Source: an uncultured Candidatus Saccharibacteria bacterium
GTDB taxonomy: Bacteria > Patescibacteriota > Saccharimonadia > Saccharimonadales > CAZJQT01
Length of the DNA stretch: 64,000 nucleotides
Direction of reading: 5' to 3'
NCBI GenBank assembly: GCA_964636215.1
Contig: CAZWRJ010000001.1
Coordinates: 39,928-103,927 of the forward strand
The notes under the pieces were generated by a model that worked only from the letters and a program-made list of their open reading frames with translations, searched no databases and was not told where the DNA came from. Shown piece after piece: positions 18,997 to 27,930 of the stretch. The stretch's first letter is position 1, and every line of letters starts with the position of its first letter. The translations under genes were made by a program, and so were the position numbers.

Positions 18997-19078
18997 GATG
19001 GTGGGGACTGGTTTCGACCAGGTGAAGCGCGGCTCGGTCTAACCGATGCCACTACATACGCTTCTTTACCCCACCATC
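18997..19078 (+). promoter_or_regulatory. compact structured RNA element (possible cis-regulatory leader)
   Basis: A 10-bp helix GATGGTGGGG/CCCCACCATC (18997-19006/19069-78) encloses three elements. First, hairpin 19008-12/19017-21 with a UUCG loop. Second, helix 19024-29/19059-64. Third, hairpin 19031-37/19043-50. It lies 100 nt upstream of the Ndt-like gene. No known riboswitch class recognised. Confidence 0.3.
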
Positions 19079-19177
19079 CCAGCCACTACATCTCTCTCCT
19101 CCACTCTGTCTTTCACCAGAAAATTGAATCTCGCAGCTTCAATTTTGCGGTGAAGTTAAATATGCTAGGCTTAGATT

Positions 19178-19711
19178 ATGGCAACTGAGGTAACAGTACA
19201 TAGGCCACCGAGTACAGAGGGATTTCCGGATACTGATCCTGTCATATTTTTAGCCGGGCCCATAAAAGGGGGGCCCGAATGGCAAACAGATGTGACCGGA
19301 AGGTTATGGTCAGATTTACCGGATGGTCCAAGATGGCATATAGCATCTCCAAGACGCACAGAAATTGACAAAGATTTTGATTATGACAAACAAGTCGACT
19401 GGGAAACAGTTCATTTATTTAGAGCTATGGACCTTGGCTTAAGTATTTTCTGGTTGGCTCGTCAAGACCCGGATATAGAATATCCACCAGATAGGGCATA
19501 TGCACAAACTACCAGATTTGAATTCGGTATGATATTCAATGAGAGATACAGACATCGACCTACTACAAGAATAAGTCTGGGTATAGAGCCGGGTTACAAA
19601 GGAAATGAAAAATATTACCGGAAACGAGCTAGAGATTTAGCCATCCCTGTTCATAAAACGCTTGAGGATCTTGTCGCAGACACCGTAGAACAACTTGCAA
19701 CTCTGTTGTAG
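19178..19711 (+). CDS. nucleoside 2-deoxyribosyltransferase/DNPH1-like protein
   Basis: 177 aa. N-terminal IFLAGPI(K)G motif and TTRFEFG (T-x-x-E-x-G nucleophile motif) typical of the Ndt/Rcl fold. Codon usage (AGA/AGG/ATA) differs by eye from neighbouring genes. Confidence 0.6.
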   Translation: MATEVTVHRPPSTEGFPDTDPVIFLAGPIKGGPEWQTDVTGRLWSDLPDGPRWHIASPRRTEIDKDFDYDKQVDWETVHLFRAMDLGLSIFWLARQDPDIEYPPDRAYAQTTRFEFGMIFNERYRHRPTTRISLGIEPGYKGNEKYYRKRARDLAIPVHKTLEDLVADTVEQLATLL

Positions 19712-19742
19712 CTTCCACTAACAACCGTGAGCACGATATACT

Positions 19743-21068
19743 ATGGTCATGAGTGACCAGGCTGATCTTTTAGAGAAAGCCAAAGCCGTACTTGAAGCTA
19801 ACGATCAAGGCATATATACCGTGCCGGCCAGCGTGCTTTACCCTCATCAGTGGCTATGGGACAGTTGTTTTATCGCTATTGGGCTACGGCATTTAGATAT
19901 TGACCGAGCTAGAACCGAGCTACTTAGCTTACTTCGAGGTCAGTGGCATAATGGCATGTTGCCAAACTTAATATTGGCCGATCTGCCTAAATATCGAAGA
20001 GACCGTGATATTTGGCGGTCGTGGCTTAACGCCTATTCTCCTGACAATGTGGCCACCAGTGGTGTTACCCAGCCGCCAATGCTGGCTGAGGCGGTAGTGC
20101 GAGTTGGCGAGCGGCTTAAGGGCTCTGAACGGCGTAGTTGGTACAAGGAAATTTATCCTAGTCTGCTGGCCTATCACCAGTGGCTCTACAGGGAGAGAGA
20201 TCCTCACGGTGAAGGTTTAGTATTGCAGATTCATCCTTGGGAAACTGGTCTTGATAATACGCCACCGTGGATGAAAGAACTTCACGAACACCAGTTAGCA
20301 CTATGGATTACCGTTCTAAAAAAACTGCATCTTGGTTGGTTTATTAATTTATTTCGGCGTGACACCAAACGGATTCCAGCAGCCGAACGCCTTGATCCGA
20401 TCGAAGCCTTAGCTCTTTTTAGCAGTCAGCGCCGTTTGCGTCGCAAAGCCTACAATATCGACCGTATTTTGTCACATTCGTTATTTGCTATTGAAGATTT
20501 AACTTTTAACTGTATTTTTATCCGGGCCAATCAACATCTCAAGAAAATTGCTAAAACGCTTGGTCAAGAATTGCCCGAAGAATTAGCAAAAAGCATGAAG
20601 AAGACCGAGTTAGCCCTAGAGCAACTATGGGACCCTTACAGTGGTCAGTATTATTCACGTAACTTTGTGACTCACAAACTTATCAAAGAACCGTCTATTG
20701 CTACTCTAATGCCCTTTTACGCAGGGATAATTAGCAAGGAGAGAGGTAAGCAGTTAATTCACCTGCTAGAAAATGTCCATGAGTTTGGCACCAATTACGC
20801 CGTACCCAGTGTTCCAGTTAACTCGCCGTGGTTTGCGCCTCATGCATATTGGCAGGGTCCAGTGTGGGTTAATACCAATTGGCTAATTATTGATGGTCTT
20901 AAACGTTGTGGCTTCCCGGACCATGCTGCTGCTCTGACGGAGTCAACACTAGAGATGGTGGAACGTAGTGGCTATTTTGAGTATTTTAGCCCATTGGATG
21001 GCTCCCCGGCGGGTGTTGATAGCTTTTCTTGGACTGCCGCGCTAACTATCGATCTACTAAAATCCTAA
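19743..21068 (+). CDS. six-hairpin glycoside hydrolase (GH63/GH37-like, MGH/trehalase-like)
   Basis: 441 aa. YPHQWLWDSCF, HPWETGLDNTP and YWQGPVWVNTNW motifs typical of GH63-like (alpha/alpha)6 glycosidases. Confidence 0.75.
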   Translation: MVMSDQADLLEKAKAVLEANDQGIYTVPASVLYPHQWLWDSCFIAIGLRHLDIDRARTELLSLLRGQWHNGMLPNLILADLPKYRRDRDIWRSWLNAYSPDNVATSGVTQPPMLAEAVVRVGERLKGSERRSWYKEIYPSLLAYHQWLYRERDPHGEGLVLQIHPWETGLDNTPPWMKELHEHQLALWITVLKKLHLGWFINLFRRDTKRIPAAERLDPIEALALFSSQRRLRRKAYNIDRILSHSLFAIEDLTFNCIFIRANQHLKKIAKTLGQELPEELAKSMKKTELALEQLWDPYSGQYYSRNFVTHKLIKEPSIATLMPFYAGIISKERGKQLIHLLENVHEFGTNYAVPSVPVNSPWFAPHAYWQGPVWVNTNWLIIDGLKRCGFPDHAAALTESTLEMVERSGYFEYFSPLDGSPAGVDSFSWTAALTIDLLKS

Positions 21069-22123
21069 TTTTCGTCTTCTGTCGGACGATCAATAAGTAA
21101 CGGCTCAATTTCGGCGTTGCCGCCGGCTATTTTGACCACATCCTTGTCAACCCTGCCTAGTTCTTTGTGGGCATTATTAAAATGTCCCACAGTGGCACCC
21201 AGACTATTGCCGACTTTTTGCATATAGCCATCAAAACCCCGCAAGTGTTTACCGAGTTGCTCAACGTTTTTGCGTATTACTTCGGTATCTTTCTGAATTT
21301 CTAGACTACTCAGTCCTTGTGAAACAATTTGCAGCATGGCAGACAGGGTACTGGGACCTACCACCGTGACTCGTTTTTCAACTGCCGCATACTGCATCAG
21401 ATCGCGGCCATTGACGCCTCCCTCTCCAACCTTATTAGCCAGTAAATCGTAGTAAATTGCTTCACTCGGGATAAACATTAGGGCTTGTTCAAGCGTCCCC
21501 CTCTTGGGCTGAATATACTTTGCGGTTTCATCAATACGTTTTTTCAGATCTTCCTTGAACGTTCGCTCTAACTGTGGTCGATCAATGGCTTTAGCTTCCA
21601 CCAAACGATTGTAGTTCTCTAGACTAAATTTGCTGTCAATTGGTAGGATTTTGTCGTCAAGCCTTATTATGGCGTCGACTATTAAGCCTTCACCCATCCG
21701 GTACTGAAGCTCAAACGTTCCTGGTGGAAGCATATTTTCTAGAATCTGTTTTAGGTAAAACTCACCTAGAACACCCCTTTGTTTAGGGTTTTGTAATACG
21801 TTTTGAAGTGATTTTAGCTCGCCAGCAATATCACCAACTTGTTGATTGGTTTTCTCCAGTGATGTTAGTTTTTCAGTGATATTTTTAATAACGTCTTGGG
21901 TTGCAGCTGATTGTTTAAGCATCTGAGCGCTATTTCTTTCTAAACGGTCACTAAGCTCTTTTTGTAGGCCATCTTTGAGTTTAGTGACATTATCACTTAG
22001 GGTGGTCAGGTCTTGTTTTAGTAGAAGTGCACTGCCATTATCGTTGGCTTTGTCACGGCGCGTCAACAAAAACAGCAGTAAAGCTGCATTGACTACCCCA
22101 ATTATCACCAAGGCTAGAAGCAT
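21065..22123 (-). CDS. rmuC: DNA recombination protein RmuC
   Basis: 352 aa. N-terminal TM helix, long coiled coil, C-terminal RmuC nuclease-like region (MFIPSEAIYYD...). Confidence 0.85.
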   Translation of the reverse strand: MLLALVIIGVVNAALLLFLLTRRDKANDNGSALLLKQDLTTLSDNVTKLKDGLQKELSDRLERNSAQMLKQSAATQDVIKNITEKLTSLEKTNQQVGDIAGELKSLQNVLQNPKQRGVLGEFYLKQILENMLPPGTFELQYRMGEGLIVDAIIRLDDKILPIDSKFSLENYNRLVEAKAIDRPQLERTFKEDLKKRIDETAKYIQPKRGTLEQALMFIPSEAIYYDLLANKVGEGGVNGRDLMQYAAVEKRVTVVGPSTLSAMLQIVSQGLSSLEIQKDTEVIRKNVEQLGKHLRGFDGYMQKVGNSLGATVGHFNNAHKELGRVDKDVVKIAGGNAEIEPLLIDRPTEDEN

Positions 22124-22139
22124 GCCGTTATTGTAACAT

Positions 22140-22934
22140 TTACTCTGGGATAAAATGATGAGCGGCTAGGATAGCGGCGCCGACCAAAAAAGCACCTAGT
22201 AGTACTAACCCGACTTGCCAATCAATCAGTTTATTTTTTTCGCGCGACTCATTTATGCTGGGTATGATGTCGCTAGCTGCAACGTAAATAAAGAAGCCTG
22301 CCGTAGAACCAATTAACCACGCGAGCAATGTGCTGTTACCACGAGCTGACTGATAGAACACAATCGTCCCGATGGCAGTCGCTAAAATTGCTACTCCGTG
22401 CACACCGATAACTTTCATGCGACTCATCCCTCGGCGTAATAGATAGCCAGAGTCAGCCATCTCGCGTGGTATTTCATGAAAAGCCACAGCTACAGTTGTA
22501 ACTAAACCAGCGCTGATACTAATTAAGAAGGCGGCTGCGATCGCCGCCCCATCTATGAAGTTATGCAACCAGTTACCGGTAGTAACTAGTACGACAATTG
22601 GCTCGCCTTTTGTATCGTGAGCATGACTACCCTCAAAATGTTCCTTGCTATGATGATGAAACCAATGGAGCCAACCTTCCAGTAAGAAGAAAAATAGCAT
22701 GCCAATGAGGGCAGCTAACATGACGGTTAGGGTTTCGTAGTGCTCTGCGCCGTCGTGTAAAAAATCCAGGAATGCAGCGGACAACAATGCTCCAGCAGCA
22801 AATGGTGTTGCGTAGGCGGCTAGCAGAGCAACTGTTTTCTTATGGGCAAGTAGTACTGTGCTGGATAAAAACACTAAAATATCTCCAGCTAGAGATATTA
22901 TTAATACCAGCCACAGATCTGGGTGAGTAATCAT
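22140..22934 (-). CDS. ZIP-family metal cation transporter
   Basis: 264 aa polytopic protein. His-rich loop (HWFHHHSKEHFEGSHAHD) and FHEIPREMAD motif. Confidence 0.8.
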   Translation of the reverse strand: MITHPDLWLVLIISLAGDILVFLSSTVLLAHKKTVALLAAYATPFAAGALLSAAFLDFLHDGAEHYETLTVMLAALIGMLFFFLLEGWLHWFHHHSKEHFEGSHAHDTKGEPIVVLVTTGNWLHNFIDGAAIAAAFLISISAGLVTTVAVAFHEIPREMADSGYLLRRGMSRMKVIGVHGVAILATAIGTIVFYQSARGNSTLLAWLIGSTAGFFIYVAASDIIPSINESREKNKLIDWQVGLVLLGAFLVGAAILAAHHFIPE

Positions 22935-23117
22935 GTCATAAGTCTAGTGGGTTGTTCGTAAAAATTGCAAGTCTAGACAGCTTCAAAACATAGGACCCCA
23001 GGGTATTCCCTAGGGTCAGGGGAAGCCTCACACTTCCAATTCTAGACTACTCCAAAGCAGAGATTTTGGCTGTGATGTTTCGCACAAAATTGGTGTTAAC
23101 TGGAAGCTTTGATAAAT

Positions 23118-24137
23118 TTAATCTGCAGTTGAGGGTTGATACCTATGCGAACTCTGAACTGCCGCTAAAATAAACACCACGCCTAGCAACCCACTTACTA
23201 TTTCCGGCAAGTGCCAGCGAACGCTTACAAGCAAAACTGCCGCCAGTGCCAAAATGGCATAATGGGCACCGTGTACGAGGTAGCGGTAACGTTGCAATGT
23301 TCCACGGTTCAATAAGTGAATCGTCATTGATCGAACATAAAGTGCACCGATTCCTAGCCCGGCTGTAATTAAAATCACATCCTTGGTAATAGTAAAAGCT
23401 GCGATTACACTATCAAAACTAAACGACGCATCGAGTATTTCCAGATATATGAACTGGCTAAAACCACGTCCCTGTTTACCTGAAGGTCGATGACGAGTTA
23501 GAGCCGTGCCGAGTAGCTTGATGGCCACAAAGGTTAGGGCGCCGGCTATGGCCGCCCAGGTCACACGACTTTGATCAGGAGCCAAGATGAAGTGCAATAC
23601 CAAGATGGCTAGACCGGCACCGGTGAGGGTGATTCGCCATGGTTGATTGAATTCGGCAAGTGGCGCTTCTACGCTATCTAACCAGCGAACGTCACGCTTC
23701 TCACCAAAAAATCTCAGACCAACCATTAGCAAAAACACACCGCCAAAAGCGGCAATTATAGGACGAGCTTCATCGAGAGCGGCTCGGTAGGCGTCAGGGT
23801 TGTGTAAGGCTTGGTCTAGTACCCCCTTTAGGCTTAGATCGGTAGTCAGTGAAACTAGGAGTAGTGGCAGAAGCAGACGAACGCCAAAGACAGCAATGGC
23901 AATTCCGACTGTCAGAAATGCTATCCGCCAAAAGCGGTTCATATTGCCCAGGACCTGACTGTTAACGACAGCGTTTTCGAAGCTGAAGGTAACTTCCACT
24001 ACGGCCAAAATCATGACAGTCACCAGCGCCATTGGCCCACTTTTGAAAAAAACCAAACAAAAAGTGATTAGAGTTGCAATTGAAGCAAAGCTATAGATGC
24101 TTATCAGCGAGCTGTTGGATCTGGTGTTAGTCGGCAT
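23118..24137 (-). CDS. DUF475/TerC-like integral membrane protein
   Basis: Polytopic. EILDASFSFDSVIAAF motif that I associate with DUF475. Start moved to ATG 24137 (MPTNTRS...) rather than the track's TTG 24164. Confidence 0.55.
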   Translation of the reverse strand: MPTNTRSNSSLISIYSFASIATLITFCLVFFKSGPMALVTVMILAVVEVTFSFENAVVNSQVLGNMNRFWRIAFLTVGIAIAVFGVRLLLPLLLVSLTTDLSLKGVLDQALHNPDAYRAALDEARPIIAAFGGVFLLMVGLRFFGEKRDVRWLDSVEAPLAEFNQPWRITLTGAGLAILVLHFILAPDQSRVTWAAIAGALTFVAIKLLGTALTRHRPSGKQGRGFSQFIYLEILDASFSFDSVIAAFTITKDVILITAGLGIGALYVRSMTIHLLNRGTLQRYRYLVHGAHYAILALAAVLLVSVRWHLPEIVSGLLGVVFILAAVQSSHRYQPSTAD

Positions 24138-24197
24138 ACTTTTTATGTCACACCCTCTTGGCAATAAAATGCTTTAAATGAATCGTGTATTCGTTAT

Positions 24198-24620
24198 TTA
24201 CTCAACTACTAGGGTACCGGTTTGGGTAGGATCCAGGTGGTTGTGATAACCATGCGTGCCGACGGTAGTGACTGTGATGGTTTGACTGCTACCGGGGTTT
24301 ATGGTGCCTATATTGAGCTCAGTGTCGTCACCGTGAGACGGGTGTGGATCGGAATTAAATTGGATGACGGATAAGGAAGTGTTTTTAACAGTTACAGTGC
24401 CGCCAGATTTCACAGTAGCTGTGCTTGGGCTAAAGTTACTGCCGTCATAGGTAATCGTGACATTTGCTGCTGCTGGCGTTGTGCTCGCACTGGTGGTTTG
24501 GTTAGACGTATCGGTACTGGTTGGTGTAGCAGTTGAGTTGTCCGAATTTCTAGACATGGCAAAAACTACTCCACCAATTACAACTACCCCAGCTAACACC
24601 GCAATGACTACTTTTTTCAT
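24198..24620 (-). CDS. secreted cupredoxin-like domain protein
   Basis: 140 aa. Signal/anchor helix, Thr/Ser-rich linker, beta-rich domain with His clusters (HPSHGDD, HGYHNH). Confidence 0.45.
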   Translation of the reverse strand: MKKVVIAVLAGVVVIGGVVFAMSRNSDNSTATPTSTDTSNQTTSASTTPAAANVTITYDGSNFSPSTATVKSGGTVTVKNTSLSVIQFNSDPHPSHGDDTELNIGTINPGSSQTITVTTVGTHGYHNHLDPTQTGTLVVE

Positions 24621-24655
24621 AGTTCTATTCCCTCTTCTTACTTAGCTTTATTATC

Positions 24656-25312
24656 TCACACATCAGCCGGTGGTTTTTTGGCAAAGAACTTACCATAATA
24701 TATATAACTAAGAGAAGCCAGCAGGGTGGTGCCGTAGAAATACCAAACACTGCGCAACCAACCAACCTGCAATTGGCTACCGAGCCTCAAGCTATGTATC
24801 AAAATAGCGATCATAGCTAGGTCACTGGCGTATTGCAGATATGGCCACCATGGTCGATTACCAAAAATTCGCCTAAATTCGTAGGCCAAAAATATTAACC
24901 AACTAATCATGCCAATTAGTGCTGCCCATCTCATCCCCGGAGCTACAAAGTTATTCAAAACACTACCCGGCGGGAAGCCGAAGCCATCGCGTAGCAATTG
25001 CCACTCCAAGAGCCCGGGGTGCATCAGGATCGCCAGTAGCACGATAAAACTGGTAACCTCAAAATACAGATGGGTTGATTGTCTGTCTAGTTTTAAATAC
25101 TGTCTAGCGGCAGCAATTATGTAGTGAGTCCACATTAAGCTAAAGGCCACCAAACCGAATAATGGAAACAGTGTGTAGCTAGATAAATGACCAAACTGCC
25201 AGTGCCGGGCTTGACCCCAACCAATAAAGGCAGTAGCTAAAACGACCGTACTCAGAGACCACGCCAGGGCGTTTAAAGCTGTTATTTCTTTGGTTGAAGG
25301 CTTGGTCTCCAT
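24656..25312 (-). CDS. six-TM membrane protein, possibly ferric-reductase/YedZ-like heme-binding
   Basis: 218 aa. Conserved-looking His residues inside TM helices (WTHYIIAA, ILMHPGL, LIHSLRLG). Adjacent to the cupredoxin-like gene. Assignment is tentative. Confidence 0.3.
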   Translation of the reverse strand: METKPSTKEITALNALAWSLSTVVLATAFIGWGQARHWQFGHLSSYTLFPLFGLVAFSLMWTHYIIAAARQYLKLDRQSTHLYFEVTSFIVLLAILMHPGLLEWQLLRDGFGFPPGSVLNNFVAPGMRWAALIGMISWLIFLAYEFRRIFGNRPWWPYLQYASDLAMIAILIHSLRLGSQLQVGWLRSVWYFYGTTLLASLSYIYYGKFFAKKPPADV

Positions 25313-25331
25313 GGTCTCAGCATAGCATGAG

Positions 25332-25718
25332 CTAATTCTTAAACTGACGGCGTTCTAGCTCGTGGATCCGATCATGCCCTAGCCCGTAATGATGGGCAAT
25401 TTCGTGCCAAAGGGTGTGTTTAACGTTTTTCTTGAGTGACACCATGTCGTGACTAGCTCTCTCCATTGGTCCCTTAAAAATGGTAATTTTATCTGGCAGT
25501 ACAAGGTTATAGTTACTACCCCGACGAGTCCGTGGGATACCTTCGTAAAGACCAAAAAGTGTTTGATCGCAGCGCAGCTTGAGCTGCGTGTGTTGGGCTG
25601 GAGTTGGCTCGTCAGTAAACGTCACGGCCACATTTTTAAGGCCACTTATGTACTGCTCAGGCAGCTCATCCATGCTCTCGCCTATTAGGTGCTCAAATTG
25701 TTGATCATCAACCGTCAT
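25332..25718 (-). CDS. zinc metallopeptidase-like protein (DUF1025/zincin family)
   Basis: 128 aa. HEIAHHYG zincin motif near the C-terminus. Confidence 0.7.
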   Translation of the reverse strand: MTVDDQQFEHLIGESMDELPEQYISGLKNVAVTFTDEPTPAQHTQLKLRCDQTLFGLYEGIPRTRRGSNYNLVLPDKITIFKGPMERASHDMVSLKKNVKHTLWHEIAHHYGLGHDRIHELERRQFKN

Positions 25719-25759
25719 AACAGCTGTTATTGTAACAGCTTTAGAGATGTCCCAGCGTG

Positions 25760-26704
25760 CTAAAGATTGTGTTGGGCAACTAGCCTGCGGAAGAGTAAAT
25801 AACCCGGAATCATTGGTAGCCAGAAGCTAATAAGTCTGTACAGTAGCACCGCCGTCAGAGCTGGGCCAGCTTCTACGCCAAACGACCTAAGACCTGCTAG
25901 TAATGCAGCTTCGACTGCACCCAGCCCGCCTGGAGTTGGTGCTACGGAGCCGATAGCTGCACCACCCAAATAAACTAGCATGGTACGTGGGAAGTCCAGA
26001 ATACCACCAGCAGCAATGACGCAGGCATACAGACATAGTCCATAGCAAAAACTTATTGCGAGTGAATAACCAAAGGCTATCAAGGTGGCGATTGGCCGTT
26101 TAGCCAGATGTTCTATACCACGCACTACTTGGTGGATAAAAGCCACCAGCTGTTTTCGAAGACGTGGTGAAACTAGGCGAATTACTAAAAACAGTGCGAA
26201 GGCCAACCCGAGTAAAACAACTACCGTTTCCCACGCTAAATGGCGATAGCCAAAACTCCGATCTGTAGTTGTTCTGAGAGAAATCAGCATGATTAACAAC
26301 ACATAACTAGCAAAACCAAGAAGCTGGTTAGCTCCAACGATCAAGACAGCTTCACCACGGTTAACATGTCGTTTATAAAGATAGCGAGCTGAGGTGGTCA
26401 TGCCGCCGATTCCGGCCGGTAGTAAACGGTTAGTAAAGGCCGAGGCTACCTGCACCTGCAGTGTTAGCCTTAAGTGCAATTTTCGACCAACCAAAGCCAT
26501 ATATACGCCGGTGGCCATAAAAAAACTGAGCACAAAGGCTACAATCGCCACAACGACCCATGACTTTTGTATATAGCCTATGTCTACTAATCTGAGTCCG
26601 AATTGTTTGAACTGTGGCAAAAAAACATAAAGCGCCACGCCTAAAATTATCAATTGAAAGAGAGATCGTTTATCCGGTCGGTGCTTGGCGTGAGCTTGAG
26701 CCAT
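25760..26704 (-). CDS. lysylphosphatidylglycerol synthase TM-region-like (UPF0104, flippase-like) membrane protein
   Basis: 314 aa polytopic protein. PTPGGLGAVEAALL motif typical of UPF0104. Confidence 0.65.
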   Translation of the reverse strand: MAQAHAKHRPDKRSLFQLIILGVALYVFLPQFKQFGLRLVDIGYIQKSWVVVAIVAFVLSFFMATGVYMALVGRKLHLRLTLQVQVASAFTNRLLPAGIGGMTTSARYLYKRHVNRGEAVLIVGANQLLGFASYVLLIMLISLRTTTDRSFGYRHLAWETVVVLLGLAFALFLVIRLVSPRLRKQLVAFIHQVVRGIEHLAKRPIATLIAFGYSLAISFCYGLCLYACVIAAGGILDFPRTMLVYLGGAAIGSVAPTPGGLGAVEAALLAGLRSFGVEAGPALTAVLLYRLISFWLPMIPGYLLFRRLVAQHNL

Positions 26705-26745
26705 CTTGGCTTCATCTTACCTTTTAGATGAGCCAGCGTAAATAC

Positions 26746-27285
26746 TTATGGTTTGTTTTGCAGTTGTCTAAGTTCTGCTTCGAGTAAGCCGTAGTCTTGG
26801 TAATCATGAGTGTTGCCGGGGACTTCCAGGAACCGGTATTGTCGAAGTTTAGTCAAATGAGGATTAAGGTAGTCTTTAACAGCTGCACTAGTGCCAACGG
26901 GGTCATCAGTATTATGAATGACGGTTACTGGTAATTCGCTGCGAGCCAGTACTTCGGCAAATTGGCTGTATTGGCCCTGAATGTAGCCCAGCGGAATACC
27001 TAAAAACAATAAGAACTTCGGTTTTATAAGTGCTTGCTCAAGTCCTTGGACACACAAGACGGTACCAATCGATTTAGCGAAAATACCGTAGTCACCACCT
27101 AACTTCTGAACAGCCTCACTTAACATTGGCCGCTCGTGTTCCAGATTGATCCACTCACCTCCACTGTGCCAATGCTGATAGTCCTGAATATAAGTTTTTT
27201 CAAACAAACCTTTTAGCTTAGCCTCTGCATCATAGATCCAAGCTTGGTTGTCTAAGCTGTTACCACTCAACATTAACAGATTCAT
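26746..27285 (-). CDS. alpha/beta-fold hydrolase-like protein
   Basis: 179 aa. AKSIG (AxSxG nucleophile-elbow variant) and C-terminal D...H. Family uncertain. Confidence 0.45.
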   Translation of the reverse strand: MNLLMLSGNSLDNQAWIYDAEAKLKGLFEKTYIQDYQHWHSGGEWINLEHERPMLSEAVQKLGGDYGIFAKSIGTVLCVQGLEQALIKPKFLLFLGIPLGYIQGQYSQFAEVLARSELPVTVIHNTDDPVGTSAAVKDYLNPHLTKLRQYRFLEVPGNTHDYQDYGLLEAELRQLQNKP

Positions 27286-27307
27286 ACTTATATTTTAGCA
27301 GGCACTG

Positions 27308-27481
27308 CTAGCTTTTTTTGATTGGCATTTCGATGTATTCGTTGAAAGCTTGATCAATTTGTTTTAATTCATCTGTTATAGGGCGTTTATTGTGCCAAAC
27401 CATAAGATTAATAGGTCTCAGGAGATACTTCATAGGCAAGTGAGCCCTTCTTTTTCTAACAAAAGTAGCATTGCTATTCAT
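27308..27481 (-). CDS. small basic hypothetical protein (57 aa)
   Basis: Below the ORF-track size cutoff. ATG 27481 is preceded by GGGAGGGAG. Translation: MNSNATFVRKRRAHLPMKYLLRPINLMVWHNKRPITDELKQIDQAFNEYIEMPIKKS. Confidence 0.4.
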   Translation of the reverse strand: MNSNATFVRKRRAHLPMKYLLRPINLMVWHNKRPITDELKQIDQAFNEYIEMPIKKS

Positions 27482-27714
27482 AACTCCCTCCCAGTTACAC
27501 TTTTAGTTTGCCAGATTCTACTTAATTTTGCCGTGTTTCTTGTCACCGGGCAGGTGTGATTAATCTCACTTGAGCCGTACATCTAACTGGTGTTTTAAGG
27601 TGTTATTCGCTATAATGCCCACGTCCTTATTAGGGAAAAGAGCAGCCCGAGAGTTGAATCCATTTCAACCCGGCTCTAATGAGAAAAACCGGAGGTTTGT
27701 CTCATGGTAGATGA

Positions 27715-27788
27715 TGGGGAGTGGCCAAGTGGTAAGGCACTGGGTTCTGGTCCCAGGATCGGGGGTTCGAATCCCTCCTCCCCAGCCA
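27715..27788 (+). tRNA. tRNA-Gln (anticodon CUG), CCA encoded
   Basis: Hand-folded cloverleaf. Acceptor TGGGGAG/CTCCCCA, anticodon stem CTGGG/CCCAG with loop TTCTGGT, T-loop TTCGAAT, 3' GCCA. Resembles E. coli tRNA-Gln. Confidence 0.9.
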
Positions 27789-27800
27789 AGTCGTTAACGC

Positions 27801-27829
27801 TTGCGTTACTATAATAAATATGCTAGAAT
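27801..27829 (+). promoter_or_regulatory. sigma70-like promoter candidate for the DEAD-box helicase gene
   Basis: TTGCGT (27801-06), 17 nt, TAGAAT (27824-29). Leaves a ~95-nt AT-rich leader. Confidence 0.4.
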
Positions 27830-27930
27830 TATGTTAATTGTATTGATGAATCCGGGATAGTTCTTATATTTACTCGATTTCATTACGAACAATCGACAAA
27901 ATAATTACTAACCACAAGGATTCATTTTTT

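Noticed and set aside
22935-23117. Imperfect hairpin GACCCCAGGG/CCCTAGGGTC (~22993-23016) and three TCTAG(A/T)-containing repeats upstream of the ZIP transporter; considered as a metal-regulator operator or riboswitch
   Set aside because: It does not resemble the Zur/Fur boxes I know. It may simply be the terminator of the upstream DUF475 gene. It cannot be supported without comparative data.
27625-27714. Stem-loop (GTTGAA/TTCAAC and flanking pairs) between a TATAAT at 27611-16 and tRNA-Gln; considered as SRP RNA or a second tRNA
   Set aside because: It has no cloverleaf and no SRP domain IV motif. It is most simply a 5' leader of the tRNA precursor. The evidence is too weak to call a feature.
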